Positions 45,852-55,758 of a stretch of DNA of 64,000 bases are shown here, one piece after another. The notes beneath the pieces are model-generated. The model was not told the origin of the DNA. It searched no databases and saw only the letters and a program-made list of their open reading frames with translations. Position 1 is the first letter of the stretch. Each line of letters starts with the position of its first letter. The position numbers were made by a program, and so were the translations under genes. The stretch covers positions 15,432 through 79,431 of IMG/VR virus record IMGVR_UViG_3300031873_000004; one strand, written 5' to 3'. This DNA comes from a virus.

Positions 45852-48467
45852 TTACAACTCATCCCAGACAGCTCCGTTGTCATGCGGAAACTTCTCTATA
45901 TACTGAGCAAGCGCTTCATGTGCCCTATCGTCAAGCCCAGCACGTTTCAGGATGGACGCATAGGTTAGGAGGAAGTGGTCAAACTCCGTACTGTTGGACA
46001 TTGCTTCGCTTATCCACTTCAATCCCTCCTGCAAGTCAGCCACAGGATCGTTGTCAGCCCAGAGCTTGACGAGTACCTGGCCGTACTCGAACTTAAAGCG
46101 ATGGACTTCCTGAAAATCCTCCACCAACGACTTGTACTCAGCCGCCGCCAGGACCAAATTATCAAGCATGTTATATGCCGATGCGATGCCCCAGCGAGCT
46201 TCTTGACGGGTAGGAATTAACTCCTTTGCCTTCTTCAGCAACTCCATCGCCTCGCTGAACTTTTTACCATCGCGTCCAAGCTCAAGTGCTTCGTCTATGA
46301 GGTCGAGATACTCCGGGATTTTATTGCGATTGAGAGATAGATCAACCTCGTAAACGTCCTTTGCCTTCTCAATTGCATCCGTACGCATGATAATTGACCT
46401 ATCAATTATATCGGCAGCATGTTTCATGATCAAAGCATCGGGTCGAGGTGCTTGTTTCATTGTCCGACACGCTTCAAGATATGGTTTGGCGAATGCACCT
46501 GTGCTCAAATAGTGCTCAGCGTCATCTAAGCTCGGTGCATCGGGATCGCCAATCGAATCGAGTATTCCGGACTTCCCCTGACCGTACTCAATGAGCGTAT
46601 TGCGAGTCTCCTCGTAAGTTGCTTTCAGGTCCTTTGCGGCATCACGAGCGGCCTTCAGGATTATCTCGTTGCGGTCAAGCCTGATGTCTCGCTCCTTCTT
46701 AAACTTCTTGGTGGCAAGCAACTGCGCATCAGCCTCCACGTTGAGCGCCCGTCCCTGAATAGCTCGGCTTGCTCCGTATATGGCAAGCGATACTGTCGGC
46801 ATACGCTTAGCGGCTTCATACGCCACCGTGCTGTGTTTAGCATTTTCGTGAAATAGCTTCATCAGCTTTTTCTGACTGGTCGTGTTCCTCAATTTCATCA
46901 CGGTCTTGAGTCCCAGTTCAGCGTGCTCGATAATGAGCTTGAGCAGTTTCAAGTCAGTAGTGAGCAGCGGGAGCAATCGCTGAATGGTCGCGTCGGCATT
47001 CGGGTCGAGATTGAGCAGAGGCTTGAGCACTGATTTGTCTATTGGTGCAATGGCATGTTTAGCAAGGGCATCTGACAGGAACATACGCTTGGCCCCGCGC
47101 TTCCTCGCGCCACCCTCCGTACAGTCGATAGTCTCGGTATCTTTGAACGCTTCAATGAGTCGCTCAAACGCTGTGATAAACGTCATCAACCCTGTGTTCG
47201 TGAGCACTGAATCACCCCACCACCCTGCAACATAGGTCTCAGGCCCCATGCCGATGTCGGTGCGGGCGTGAAGCGTCTTGCTTCGCGGATCGTCAACCAC
47301 CCATTTGATCTGACCGTCAACCACAGTAATGTGACCAGCACTATCCGCTTGCATGAAATGGCTGGTCGTGCCGAGGGCTAGGTTCATTCCGACGAACATC
47401 ACAGGCGAGCATCCCATATGAGCGCAGAGCGAGTACGCCATATGAGCGACCGAGCCGCCCTGTGCCAGCTCACCTTTATCTTTCAAGATACCGTGAGCAG
47501 TTTCGTCATATCCCTGATTGATTGACGCGCTAATGAACTTCGGACCCTTGTACGCCTTGAGTATAGGTGCGTACGTCTTGTTGATAGTGACCAGCGGTAC
47601 GGTCTCGTCCATCAGTCCTGCGAGGTGGGTCATATTTACTTCACCGAAATCTACTGTACAAATGAAGTCTGGTGTGATGCCATAGGCGAGAAGAGGTCGG
47701 AGTGCCTGTGCTACTGCAACAATAATAACCTTGTCTTGTGTCTCTTTGAGCAGATGGATGTTGCGATTGAGAGCTGGACCTGTGCCAACCATCACTGCAG
47801 GCTTTCCCTTGAATAAATCCTTGAGGTCGTTTACTCCTCGATGGCGGATGACATATGGTAGGGTGGCGATGTCATTATCAGCAATCTTAGCTCCGGCGCT
47901 CACCACAGTCCCAGTATTGCACTGGATTGCGTTGAGCGACTCAATTGTGTACGTGCTCAGCTTCCAGTATTCCGGTCGAGTGCGAGTGATGAGTTCGATC
48001 AACACTCCCCAGTCCTCAACTACCTTTGAACCCTCCATGAGCGAAAGGAGGAAGTCAACTTCGGCTTTACCGGGAGCAATGAGTAGCGATTGATTTTTGA
48101 TATACTCGGACAAATCATATTGTGCAAACATCAATCTCAGCATATGAGATATAGGCTCAACTGCAATCACATGATGCCCTTTTTCCATTTTCTTGAGAAG
48201 TAAATTCAACGCATGACCGAGGCCCACGCCTATGAATACAGTGACTGTCTCTTTATCGGAGCGAACCATGTCAGCAACGCACTGTGCATCTTTGAATGGG
48301 TCGGTCACATCGTATACCGGTAGTGGTCGCCCATTCTCGGTTATCCAGAGCTGATCACCCTCATTCCGTATCCAATCCTCGGTTGCACCCTTCTCCAACC
48401 ACTCGGCAAGTCCGGGGTGGGTTTCTTTGATTGCTACCATGTTTTTCTCGTATATTTCAGTGCTCAT
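45852..48467 (-). CDS. maf: Maf-family (DUF115) nonulosonic-acid protein glycosyltransferase with C-terminal TPR-like helices
   Basis: YEKNM.AI, GVGLGH, VGTGPAL..N, GITPDF..TVD, GGSVAH...MGCSP...GMNLA, DCTEGGA. Confidence 0.85.
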   Translation of the reverse strand: MSTEIYEKNMVAIKETHPGLAEWLEKGATEDWIRNEGDQLWITENGRPLPVYDVTDPFKDAQCVADMVRSDKETVTVFIGVGLGHALNLLLKKMEKGHHVIAVEPISHMLRLMFAQYDLSEYIKNQSLLIAPGKAEVDFLLSLMEGSKVVEDWGVLIELITRTRPEYWKLSTYTIESLNAIQCNTGTVVSAGAKIADNDIATLPYVIRHRGVNDLKDLFKGKPAVMVGTGPALNRNIHLLKETQDKVIIVAVAQALRPLLAYGITPDFICTVDFGEVNMTHLAGLMDETVPLVTINKTYAPILKAYKGPKFISASINQGYDETAHGILKDKGELAQGGSVAHMAYSLCAHMGCSPVMFVGMNLALGTTSHFMQADSAGHITVVDGQIKWVVDDPRSKTLHARTDIGMGPETYVAGWWGDSVLTNTGLMTFITAFERLIEAFKDTETIDCTEGGARKRGAKRMFLSDALAKHAIAPIDKSVLKPLLNLDPNADATIQRLLPLLTTDLKLLKLIIEHAELGLKTVMKLRNTTSQKKLMKLFHENAKHSTVAYEAAKRMPTVSLAIYGASRAIQGRALNVEADAQLLATKKFKKERDIRLDRNEIILKAARDAAKDLKATYEETRNTLIEYGQGKSGILDSIGDPDAPSLDDAEHYLSTGAFAKPYLEACRTMKQAPRPDALIMKHAADIIDRSIIMRTDAIEKAKDVYEVDLSLNRNKIPEYLDLIDEALELGRDGKKFSEAMELLKKAKELIPTRQEARWGIASAYNMLDNLVLAAAEYKSLVEDFQEVHRFKFEYGQVLVKLWADNDPVADLQEGLKWISEAMSNSTEFDHFLLTYASILKRAGLDDRAHEALAQYIEKFPHDNGAVWDEL

Positions 48468-48575
48468 GAACCCTCCAAAACGCGATTTAAGCTACTTTGC
48501 CGACCTTGTCTATAGAAAGCCTCGTTCGAGCTATGAAAACGGCTTAAAAGCGTGTTTCTGCTCGTTTGCGAGGCA

Positions 48576-49133
48576 TTATCTAAGCTCATCCCAGCGCTTT
48601 CTGGTAATGCCATACCCGTTTATGGTCTCAAACTGCCCGTTGAGCCACATCCCATCCTCCCAAGCAGCTTCTTGCTTCATTCCGAGTGATTGGCAAATTT
48701 TGTTCATGCCGATATTTATGGATGCGGTACCTGTCCACACACGATTCATGTTCAGCTTGAGGAATGCGTGCTCCAGCATCCAGAAGCAGGCTTGTTTGCC
48801 GAATCCGAGCCCGCGACTTTTGCCGAGTACGATTGCAAGCTCGGCGCTGCGGGCGATGTAGTTGATGCCTTGCAGCGAGCAGTTGCCGATATGCTTCCAG
48901 AACCCACCGCCTTCAGCTCCCACATAAACTTCAATTGCCCACACAATCTTCTCGGCACTTCCCTGCTCGATCGTCTTGACAAATGCATCCATCGCGGTGG
49001 GAGTGTAAGGAAAGAGTCCGTGAGAATTGTAGCGCGTGACCGCCGAGTCGTGGAACCATGAGCGGTACTCATCTGTCATGTGCCTGCTTCGCTCGAACGG
49101 GACAATGCGCAGAATGTCGTTGCTGTATATCAT
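48576..49133 (-). CDS. GNAT N-acetyltransferase (PseH-like position)
   Basis: HIGNCSL..I....RSAELAI, GLGFG, HAF.KLNMNRV. Confidence 0.8.
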   Translation of the reverse strand: MIYSNDILRIVPFERSRHMTDEYRSWFHDSAVTRYNSHGLFPYTPTAMDAFVKTIEQGSAEKIVWAIEVYVGAEGGGFWKHIGNCSLQGINYIARSAELAIVLGKSRGLGFGKQACFWMLEHAFLKLNMNRVWTGTASINIGMNKICQSLGMKQEAAWEDGMWLNGQFETINGYGITRKRWDELR

Positions 49134-49134
49134 C

Positions 49135-50187
49135 TCACACCTCCGCCAGCATCGCCCGCAACTCGTCGGCGGTCAGCTCACCGTTCGGGTTGCGCCCGGA
49201 ATTGAACTCCCACTGCTTCGCCGCACCTATCTCCTGCTCGCACGCAAGATTGCGGCTGGCGAATACGCGATAATGGTCCTCATACTCGTAAACATAATCC
49301 TCTTCAGGGAACAAACACTCATGCAGCTTTTCGCCCTGACGGATGCCGGTGACCTTGAACTCCGGGATGACGTTTTCTTTTGGAAAAGTCCCATCGCACC
49401 ATGGGCAAAGAATTGAATGTGGTTTGCATGTACATTTTGATTTCGATGTCATAGCGATTGCCATGTCGCGCACACTCATGGACTTCATCTTCGGTACGAA
49501 TATCTCCCCGCCGTTCATGATTTCGATCCGTGAGAGAAGGAATCGCGCCACGGTCGGCAACGTCACCCAGAACCGTGTCATCGCGTTGTGTGTAATTGTG
49601 ATAGGTAGTCCCGCATCTGCTTGAGACTTGAAGACGTGAGCAACCGAGCCCCTGCTTCCGAGCACATTACCGTATCGGCATGATGAGAGTATCGTGCCAT
49701 GACCTGCCGCGTAAATGTTTCCATCCACAATAAGTTTCTCCGCCGCCATCTTCGTCGCGCCATACAGATTGACCGGTTTGCACGCCTTATCGGTACTGAC
49801 ATTCATCACCCTCCATACTTTGCAGTCGATTGCCGCGTTCAGCACATTCACTGCGCCGTCCACATTTGTCTTGATCGCTTCGAGTGGATTATCTTCGCAG
49901 GCTGGAACTTGCTTCATGGCTGCCGCATGGATCAAAATGTCCACCCCTCGGCAAGCGCGATGCATTCGCTTGGGATCTCGAATGTCACCTATCAGGAATG
50001 AGACCGGCGGCGAGTCTGGCGCGGTAAGCAGGGCTTTGAAGTCGTTGCGGAGTTGCCACTGTTTCAACTCGTCTCTCGACAGAATTCGTATTCCTTTCGG
50101 CTTGTGTTCGGTCAGCAGTAATTTGAGGAGTTGCTTTCCGAGGCTTCCCGTTCCGCCGGTTATCAGCACTTCTTTTCCTGTAATCAA
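49135..50187 (-). CDS. pseB: UDP-GlcNAc 4,6-dehydratase (PseB-like)
   Basis: ITGGTGSLG, SRDELKQ, AAAMKQVP, STDKA, NLYGATK, RYGNVLGSRGSV, MTRFW, GEKLHE. Confidence 0.92.
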   Translation of the reverse strand: MITGKEVLITGGTGSLGKQLLKLLLTEHKPKGIRILSRDELKQWQLRNDFKALLTAPDSPPVSFLIGDIRDPKRMHRACRGVDILIHAAAMKQVPACEDNPLEAIKTNVDGAVNVLNAAIDCKVWRVMNVSTDKACKPVNLYGATKMAAEKLIVDGNIYAAGHGTILSSCRYGNVLGSRGSVAHVFKSQADAGLPITITHNAMTRFWVTLPTVARFLLSRIEIMNGGEIFVPKMKSMSVRDMAIAMTSKSKCTCKPHSILCPWCDGTFPKENVIPEFKVTGIRQGEKLHECLFPEEDYVYEYEDHYRVFASRNLACEQEIGAAKQWEFNSGRNPNGELTADELRAMLAEV

Positions 50188-50296
50188 TAAATTTTCCTCC
50201 CTTGTGTTCGTAGTTTTTACCTTTGCCGCAGGTGTCGCACGGCTTATCTCTCGGATCTTTGTACGCGTGGCGGCATATCTTGCAAGTTGTCCACAT

Positions 50297-50674
50297 TCAC
50301 GTCACTCTCCCACTTTTTGTCTTCACAATGCTTTTCCTGAGTATCCGCATAACGGTTGAGATAGAAACTTTTTCAGGCTTAAACGGTTGTCCGTTTAATT
50401 CAGCAAGAAAATTATCCCTTCTGCTTTTCTTGCTTGTCGTAAGCGTTGAGTCTTCGCCGCGCAAATACAGTACATTAACTTTTCCTGACCTCATGCTTTC
50501 TATCGTTATTTTGTAGTTGCCGTAAGCGTGGGGTTGGTCGTAAATCGGCGTTATCCCGGCTTCGCGCATGGTCACATGTTCACGGTCCCATCGTACCTGC
50601 ACTGCACGGCTCGCCTTTTGAGATAGCTTTTGTTTTCGCTCTTCTCTTGTTTCTCGCATAGTTATGTATACCAT
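50297..50674 (-). CDS. Basic hypothetical protein
   Basis: ORF in operon context only. Confidence 0.5.
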   Translation of the reverse strand: MVYITMRETREERKQKLSQKASRAVQVRWDREHVTMREAGITPIYDQPHAYGNYKITIESMRSGKVNVLYLRGEDSTLTTSKKSRRDNFLAELNGQPFKPEKVSISTVMRILRKSIVKTKSGRVT

Positions 50675-50703
50675 GAACTTTGCAAAGTTGAGTTAATACC
50701 TGG

Positions 50704-50931
50704 TTATCTGTGAATGTTCAGATTGCACCGTTTAATGGCATCAGAAAAATCCTGAGTCACCAACTCGGCGTTTTTACCGCCGTTGAGTAAAACGTCACGT
50801 TGCGTACTGGCTGCAGAAAGCAGTTTCAATGCGTTTTCCCAGTCGGTCTTATCGACAACGACATGAGCGTGATCTGCTTCTTCCAAGTCCAGTTCCAGAT
50901 ATGTGTGCCTATGCAAAAAGTCCTGTGCCAT
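50704..50931 (-). CDS. Cassette 1 hypothetical protein
   Basis: Bounded by GTTATCT/AGATAAC; RBS AGGAGG. Confidence 0.6.
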   Translation of the reverse strand: MAQDFLHRHTYLELDLEEADHAHVVVDKTDWENALKLLSAASTQRDVLLNGGKNAELVTQDFSDAIKRCNLNIHR

Positions 50932-51006
50932 GTGGCCCTCCTAAAATTAGATAACAAGGCGCTCGACACCGACCCGCAAAAGCGCGGGTCAGCGCCGCGT
51001 TGGGCG

Positions 51007-51405
51007 TCAACTCCCGCTGCTCGTTCTCAGCTCAACGTCTGGAATAATCGTCTGCGGACGGAAGTTCACCGTGTACCTATACCCGCTCACTGATTTTTCT
51101 TCCAGCTGTTCGGAGAAGTAGGTCACGTTGTCGGAAATGCCGAGGTAGTGCTTTTTGTAAGCGTCATCGCCGGTTTTGCATGTGACTGCTAATTTGTCTC
51201 CGTGTTCCACTTGGCACTTTCCAGTAATAGTCAGAATGTACGTGTCCGTGATTCCGTTGTAAAATACGATTCTGCGGGTGATTTTGAACTCACCTGCCTC
51301 TACAGACAAATTTCGAGATACCACTGAAGCCTTTGTCTCACATCCGACGATGAAAAACACGCCCAACAATAAAATCAAGCTGACCGCCTTCTGCAATCTG
51401 TTCAT
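51007..51405 (-). CDS. Cassette 2 lipoprotein
   Basis: IVGC lipobox; RRIVFYNGIT; starts inside attC loop. Confidence 0.7.
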   Translation of the reverse strand: MNRLQKAVSLILLLGVFFIVGCETKASVVSRNLSVEAGEFKITRRIVFYNGITDTYILTITGKCQVEHGDKLAVTCKTGDDAYKKHYLGISDNVTYFSEQLEEKSVSGYRYTVNFRPQTIIPDVELRTSSGS

Positions 51406-51464
51406 ATTCTATATCCTCCTTGTGGTTTTGCTACCGCCGGTTTGGGCGGCAGCTTATTTTGTCG

Positions 51465-51839
51465 TTATGTGAATAAATACTCTACGTCATCGTTGAATAT
51501 TCGTAGTTCGTGCATCGTCAGGCTACCCGGTTTCCCGCCCTCTATCTTAGTTCCACAAGATGATCGGAAGCATACCCCCGGCGTGTTTTTTAAAAAGTAA
51601 TCCGCTGTTTCATCGGAGTATTCAAGGTTCAATTTTTCCGCTATTGTAACAACATCGGTTTCTCCGTGATGAAAAGCCAACAACAACGACAATGCCCCCT
51701 GATGGCTCCCGTCACAATAGAACAGGCCAAATACCCGGTCATATACAAATGGCTTTTTGGTATCTGCTTCCTTCAACGGAACTGGCCTGCTCATTCGAGC
51801 ATCAACCAATCTCCACCATCGTTGTTTCGTGATTCGCAT
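51465..51839 (-). CDS. Cassette 3 hypothetical protein
   Basis: Bounded by GTTATGT/ACATAAC. Confidence 0.6.
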   Translation of the reverse strand: MRITKQRWWRLVDARMSRPVPLKEADTKKPFVYDRVFGLFYCDGSHQGALSLLLAFHHGETDVVTIAEKLNLEYSDETADYFLKNTPGVCFRSSCGTKIEGGKPGSLTMHELRIFNDDVEYLFT

Positions 51840-51897
51840 GAAAACCTCACATAACCAGCGGCGTCGTGAGGGACGCTATGCTCCCCACACGCGCACG

Positions 51898-52161
51898 TTA
51901 TATGTTTATAATTGATAGAATCCTATCCGCTTCGTCACGGTCGCTATCTTTTTCGGATTCGGGCAGTTCAGAATATTTTGTATTCATTTGCCTTGTCCAT
52001 CGTTCAACTGCCCATTTTGGCATTGTAGCTGTTCCATCATCATTCAGAGTCATTTTGGAGAACATGTATATCATCCACCCTGACCATGCCTCATGCGCAT
52101 ATTCTGATAGAGATTCACGGACAGATAACAAAACGGTCGAATCAGATTTCGCTTCGCTCAA
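51898..52161 (-). CDS. Cassette 4 hypothetical protein
   Basis: HEAW, Y.EL.E.EK.SDR; starts inside attC. Confidence 0.6.
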   Translation of the reverse strand: MSEAKSDSTVLLSVRESLSEYAHEAWSGWMIYMFSKMTLNDDGTATMPKWAVERWTRQMNTKYSELPESEKDSDRDEADRILSIINI

Positions 52162-52176
52162 CTGTTCACCTCCGCG

Positions 52177-52329
52177 TTAGTATGTGTCAACCAAATCAAG
52201 GCAGACAGTCCTGTTTTTTTCCTCTGTAGTAAGTGTTTCCCATGCGAGTTTATGTGCCTCTTTTTGATTTTCGGCTGCAACTTCGACTTTCTTGTCTATC
52301 CCCTCAACGCAATAAATAAATGTATTCAT
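52177..52329 (-). CDS. Cassette 5 hypothetical protein
   Basis: Manual ORF MNTFIYCVEG...VDTY, 50 aa; RBS GGAGG. Confidence 0.55.
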   Translation of the reverse strand: MNTFIYCVEGIDKKVEVAAENQKEAHKLAWETLTTEEKNRTVCLDLVDTY

Positions 52330-52404
52330 TCTTTCCTCCCTAAAAGATTAGATTCAAAACCGGCATAACCATGCTGCTCCAGCGCGACGCGCTACGCTTG
52401 CGCG

Positions 52405-53220
52405 TCAGCTCCCCAACATTGGCCGCATTCCATCCCTCGGATCTGTACGCTGCATCCGCATTGCATCCAAATTGTCTCGCACACCAAGCATTGCACTCTC
52501 ACCCTCGCGCACAGTCTTGATGAGCCGCCTCAACCTCGATACTTCCCAGCAGTGACCGTGCTCGCTCTCACACCCGTCAAGACCGTCCAGGTCCATGTGA
52601 ACTTCAATTACCTCGGCATCCATCGCAATGGCGGTATGAATAACACCAGGCTTCACCGTGTGATCGCTCCATCCGACATGACACCCGAACGCCTGCTGAA
52701 GAGTTACCATCTTGCGCAACCCGCAATCCTCAGCCTTCGCCGGATACATCGGGGAGCAGTGATACAGCGTGAGCATCGCCGCATTCACCCCACCTCTCGC
52801 CGCCGCATTCACCGCCTTCGATATTTCAAACGAGGTAGCACCACCGGTCGAGATGGACAGCGGCTTACCTATTGAAGCGGTAAGCGTGATGAGGTCGGTG
52901 CAGAGTATTTCATACGAGCCTATCTTGAGCGCGTGAACGTAGTCCTTGCAATTCATCAACGAGTCTACGGAGGTGACAGTCATGTGCAGCTCGATCTCGT
53001 TGCAGTTTGCAGCACCTCGCAGGCGGGGGAGCCATCCGACGGGGAGGGCTCGCTTGTCGAGGATTGCCTGTATGGGCAGCTCGCGTGAGAGGGTGTGGTC
53101 GAACAGTTGAAATTTTGCGGCAGAGCATCCGGCACGCTTGGCTTCCTCGATGAGGCGCACGGCGCGGTCGATGTCAGAATTGTGATTGCTGCCTATATCG
53201 GCAATGAATTGTACACTCAT
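52405..53220 (-). CDS. neuB: NeuB/PseI-family nonulosonic acid synthase (no C-terminal SAF domain)
   Basis: IADIGSNH, KFQ, KIGS, STG, HC..MYP, GWSDHT, IEVH. Confidence 0.9.
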   Translation of the reverse strand: MSVQFIADIGSNHNSDIDRAVRLIEEAKRAGCSAAKFQLFDHTLSRELPIQAILDKRALPVGWLPRLRGAANCNEIELHMTVTSVDSLMNCKDYVHALKIGSYEILCTDLITLTASIGKPLSISTGGATSFEISKAVNAAARGGVNAAMLTLYHCSPMYPAKAEDCGLRKMVTLQQAFGCHVGWSDHTVKPGVIHTAIAMDAEVIEVHMDLDGLDGCESEHGHCWEVSRLRRLIKTVREGESAMLGVRDNLDAMRMQRTDPRDGMRPMLGS

Positions 53221-53397
53221 TTAGCTTCCCTCCGCTATAAAATAATCCTCTTTGTGAAAATAGTCATGTGCCCCGTTTATCCAATTCAAAGCCGATTGAT
53301 ATGTTATAAATATTTTAACCATAAAATATCGACCTTCATCTTCAGGTAAACTCGGTTTTCTGATAACATAAGTCATGATATTATTTCTTTCCTCCGT

Positions 53398-53589
53398 TCA
53401 TTCAACAACTCTTTCATGAGCACGTTTTAATTCAATTTTATAAGCTTCGCCCACAACATGTACATATCGCCTCATTATATATTCAAGCCATACTGTTACT
53501 TTTTCTTCACCCAACCAACCTGTGACGGGAATCAATGCGAAATGTCGATGCCATTCACAACGATTAAATCTTTTTTCATAAAATATCAC
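53398..53589 (-). CDS. Hypothetical protein
   Basis: WHRHFALIPV..VWLE; coupled overlap. Confidence 0.5.
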   Translation of the reverse strand: MIFYEKRFNRCEWHRHFALIPVTGWLGEEKVTVWLEYIMRRYVHVVGEAYKIELKRAHERVVE

Positions 53590-53792
53590 TTCTTCCCTCC
53601 ATTCGACAACTCTTTCATGAGCACATTCACCATTGCATCATTATTGGTTATTTCCGCCAGGAGCGCCCGCGTCTTGCGCGGTGCGGCGGTGAGCCCGACG
53701 CGGACTATGTTCATCCACGCCACATTATTCTTGGCGCGGACTTCCTGTACCTGCTGAATGATTGCCAAATCTGCTTTAGTCCCCTTCGTCAT
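53586..53792 (-). CDS. Hypothetical protein
   Basis: VRAKNNVAWM; GC-richer like the sugar genes. Confidence 0.55.
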   Translation of the reverse strand: MTKGTKADLAIIQQVQEVRAKNNVAWMNIVRVGLTAAPRKTRALLAEITNNDAMVNVLMKELSNGGKK

Positions 53793-54310
53793 AGCGACCT
53801 CGTTGCTTGCATTGAGAATCCAATGAACCAGACATTCTTATAGCCAATCCCGTACATCCGCCAACCCCATGCAATCCTGCCCCAGTAAAGCGTCATTATT
53901 CAGGCTCCTTGTTTACTATTTCATACACCATGTCGCGTATGCTATCTGCGAATGCTCGTGCAATGCAGTTGAGTTGTGTAGGCGTGGCGGTGACGTGGAT
54001 CATATGGTAACGGTATCTCAATCACCATAGGTTTGCTTATAGCCCATGTGGATTGACGATCTGTACCCATGTGAACGGTCATTGCAAATATCATATCCGA
54101 CTCCTATCCGATAAGTCGTTCTTTATCCGAGTACAGATTTATGACCAACTCAGGCCATTTAAACCACCCTTGACTGATGAGCTGGATGATCATAAATGGA
54201 GATTCGCATCCTGGATTTTTTACATTAAGTTTATCCCCTACAAACAGGTTAGCTTTTATGCAATCCTTATTTCTCTGTTGTACAGTGATTAGCATGTATA
54301 CTCCTTGCTA

Positions 54311-54340
54311 TATTATACTGAACTCGCGTCGTTTAGTTAT
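54311..54340 (-). promoter_or_regulatory. Non-consensus promoter class, copy 4
   Basis: ATAACTAAACGACGCGAGTTCAGTATAATA. Confidence 0.6.
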
Positions 54341-55758
54341 AACAATTCCTCGCGATTGATCCAGCACTTCTCGAACGCATTGTAGATGTCATCCAGGTCG
54401 CGGCGGGTGGCGTTTGGTCCGAACATGCGATGGATGATCACCAACTCCTCGGTGTACTGTCGCTTGCACTCCGGGGTCTCGTCCATTGAGCGCCCGAACA
54501 GCGGCATGGACTGAATCGGTTTAATGTAGCCCGTTCCGATCGTCACGCCTTCGCTCTCGCGATCCTTGACGGGTTGCAATTCTGCTTTGACCGCCGCAAT
54601 GTATCGGTCGCGGTGAAGTGAAATTTGTTTAAACTCACCTCCCGCAAACGACGGGTCATCAACATGCTCGAACGGCACTTTCCACTTCACGGGGAGGACA
54701 TAATACGAATGAGTACACCCTTCCCGCACTTTCGGCATCTCTAGACACGGGATGTCCTTGAGTTTGTTGACAAGGTAGTTCACATTGTCGGTGCGGAGCC
54801 TGAGCAACTCGTCGTGCTTGGCGAGCTGCACCCGCACAATCGCCGCGCTGATCTCCGGCAAGCGCAGGTTGAATCCGTACAGCTTACGATACCTTTCTGC
54901 TTTTTCTCTGGATTCAGATACGGTCTCTTTAGTGTTAAAATCTGTATCCCAATTTTCAACACTGGCGTATTCGAGAGGTACGCGCTTCCTATCCATATCG
55001 TTGACAACGGCTTCGGCATGGTTCATCAGCAGGCGACACCGGAACGCCAGCTCATCGTCATCAGTCACAATCATGCCGCCTTCTCCCGCCGTGAGATGCT
55101 TGCCGAGGTTGAACGAGTACACGCCTATATCACCGAGCGTGCCTGCGTACTTGAAGTTGCCGCCACCTATATCCATCGTGGAACCGAGTGCCTGGGCCGC
55201 ATCCTCGATCACATACGTTTTCTTGCCGGTCTCTTTGAAGTTGCGGTCGAGCAGCGCGTTGATATTCTTCGCGTCATACGGTTGCCCGAACAGGCTGACA
55301 GGAACCACGGCACTGAACTTGCTGAATGAGCCGATGATATGCTGAGCAATGCTATTTACATCCACGCAATAGTAGTCGCGCTCGATGTCGGCAAAGCGCA
55401 CACCCTGTCGCCAGTACATCGGTGCGGTTGCCGAGCATGTCATGCTGAACGGCGACACAATAGCGTCGCCTGCTGCGGGATTGTCCATGCCAACTGCGCC
55501 GCACGCAATGTGCAAGCCGGAGGTTGCGGAGTTACAGGAGATTGCGTGTTTTACTTTGAACTTTGCAGCCCATTCCTCTTCGAGGGCTCTGACTTCTTTA
55601 CCACCATAAAATGCAGGTCCGAAATTACCCATGAATCCTGTTAATTTCCCAGAATCAAGAACTCGCATCGCAGCTTCCTTTTCCGCAACCCCGATTGAAT
55701 TCTGGCTTGGAAAAAGATCATGCCTCACTGGAACTCCGCCATTGATAGCTAATTGCAT
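54337..55758 (-). CDS. DegT/DnrJ/EryC1/StrS sugar aminotransferase
   Basis: NSATSGL, IEDAAQALG, YSFNLGKHLTAGEGG, GFNLR. Confidence 0.93.
   Translation of the reverse strand: MQLAINGGVPVRHDLFPSQNSIGVAEKEAAMRVLDSGKLTGFMGNFGPAFYGGKEVRALEEEWAAKFKVKHAISCNSATSGLHIACGAVGMDNPAAGDAIVSPFSMTCSATAPMYWRQGVRFADIERDYYCVDVNSIAQHIIGSFSKFSAVVPVSLFGQPYDAKNINALLDRNFKETGKKTYVIEDAAQALGSTMDIGGGNFKYAGTLGDIGVYSFNLGKHLTAGEGGMIVTDDDELAFRCRLLMNHAEAVVNDMDRKRVPLEYASVENWDTDFNTKETVSESREKAERYRKLYGFNLRLPEISAAIVRVQLAKHDELLRLRTDNVNYLVNKLKDIPCLEMPKVREGCTHSYYVLPVKWKVPFEHVDDPSFAGGEFKQISLHRDRYIAAVKAELQPVKDRESEGVTIGTGYIKPIQSMPLFGRSMDETPECKRQYTEELVIIHRMFGPNATRRDLDDIYNAFEKCWINREELL

Larger units (their letters stand above)
50703..52410 (+). 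mobile_element. Array of five integron-like gene cassettes without integrase
   Basis: attC-like sites 50949-51005, 51361-51470, 51849-51903, 52123-52182, 52363-~52410 (truncated); complementary boundary heptamers. Confidence 0.75.
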
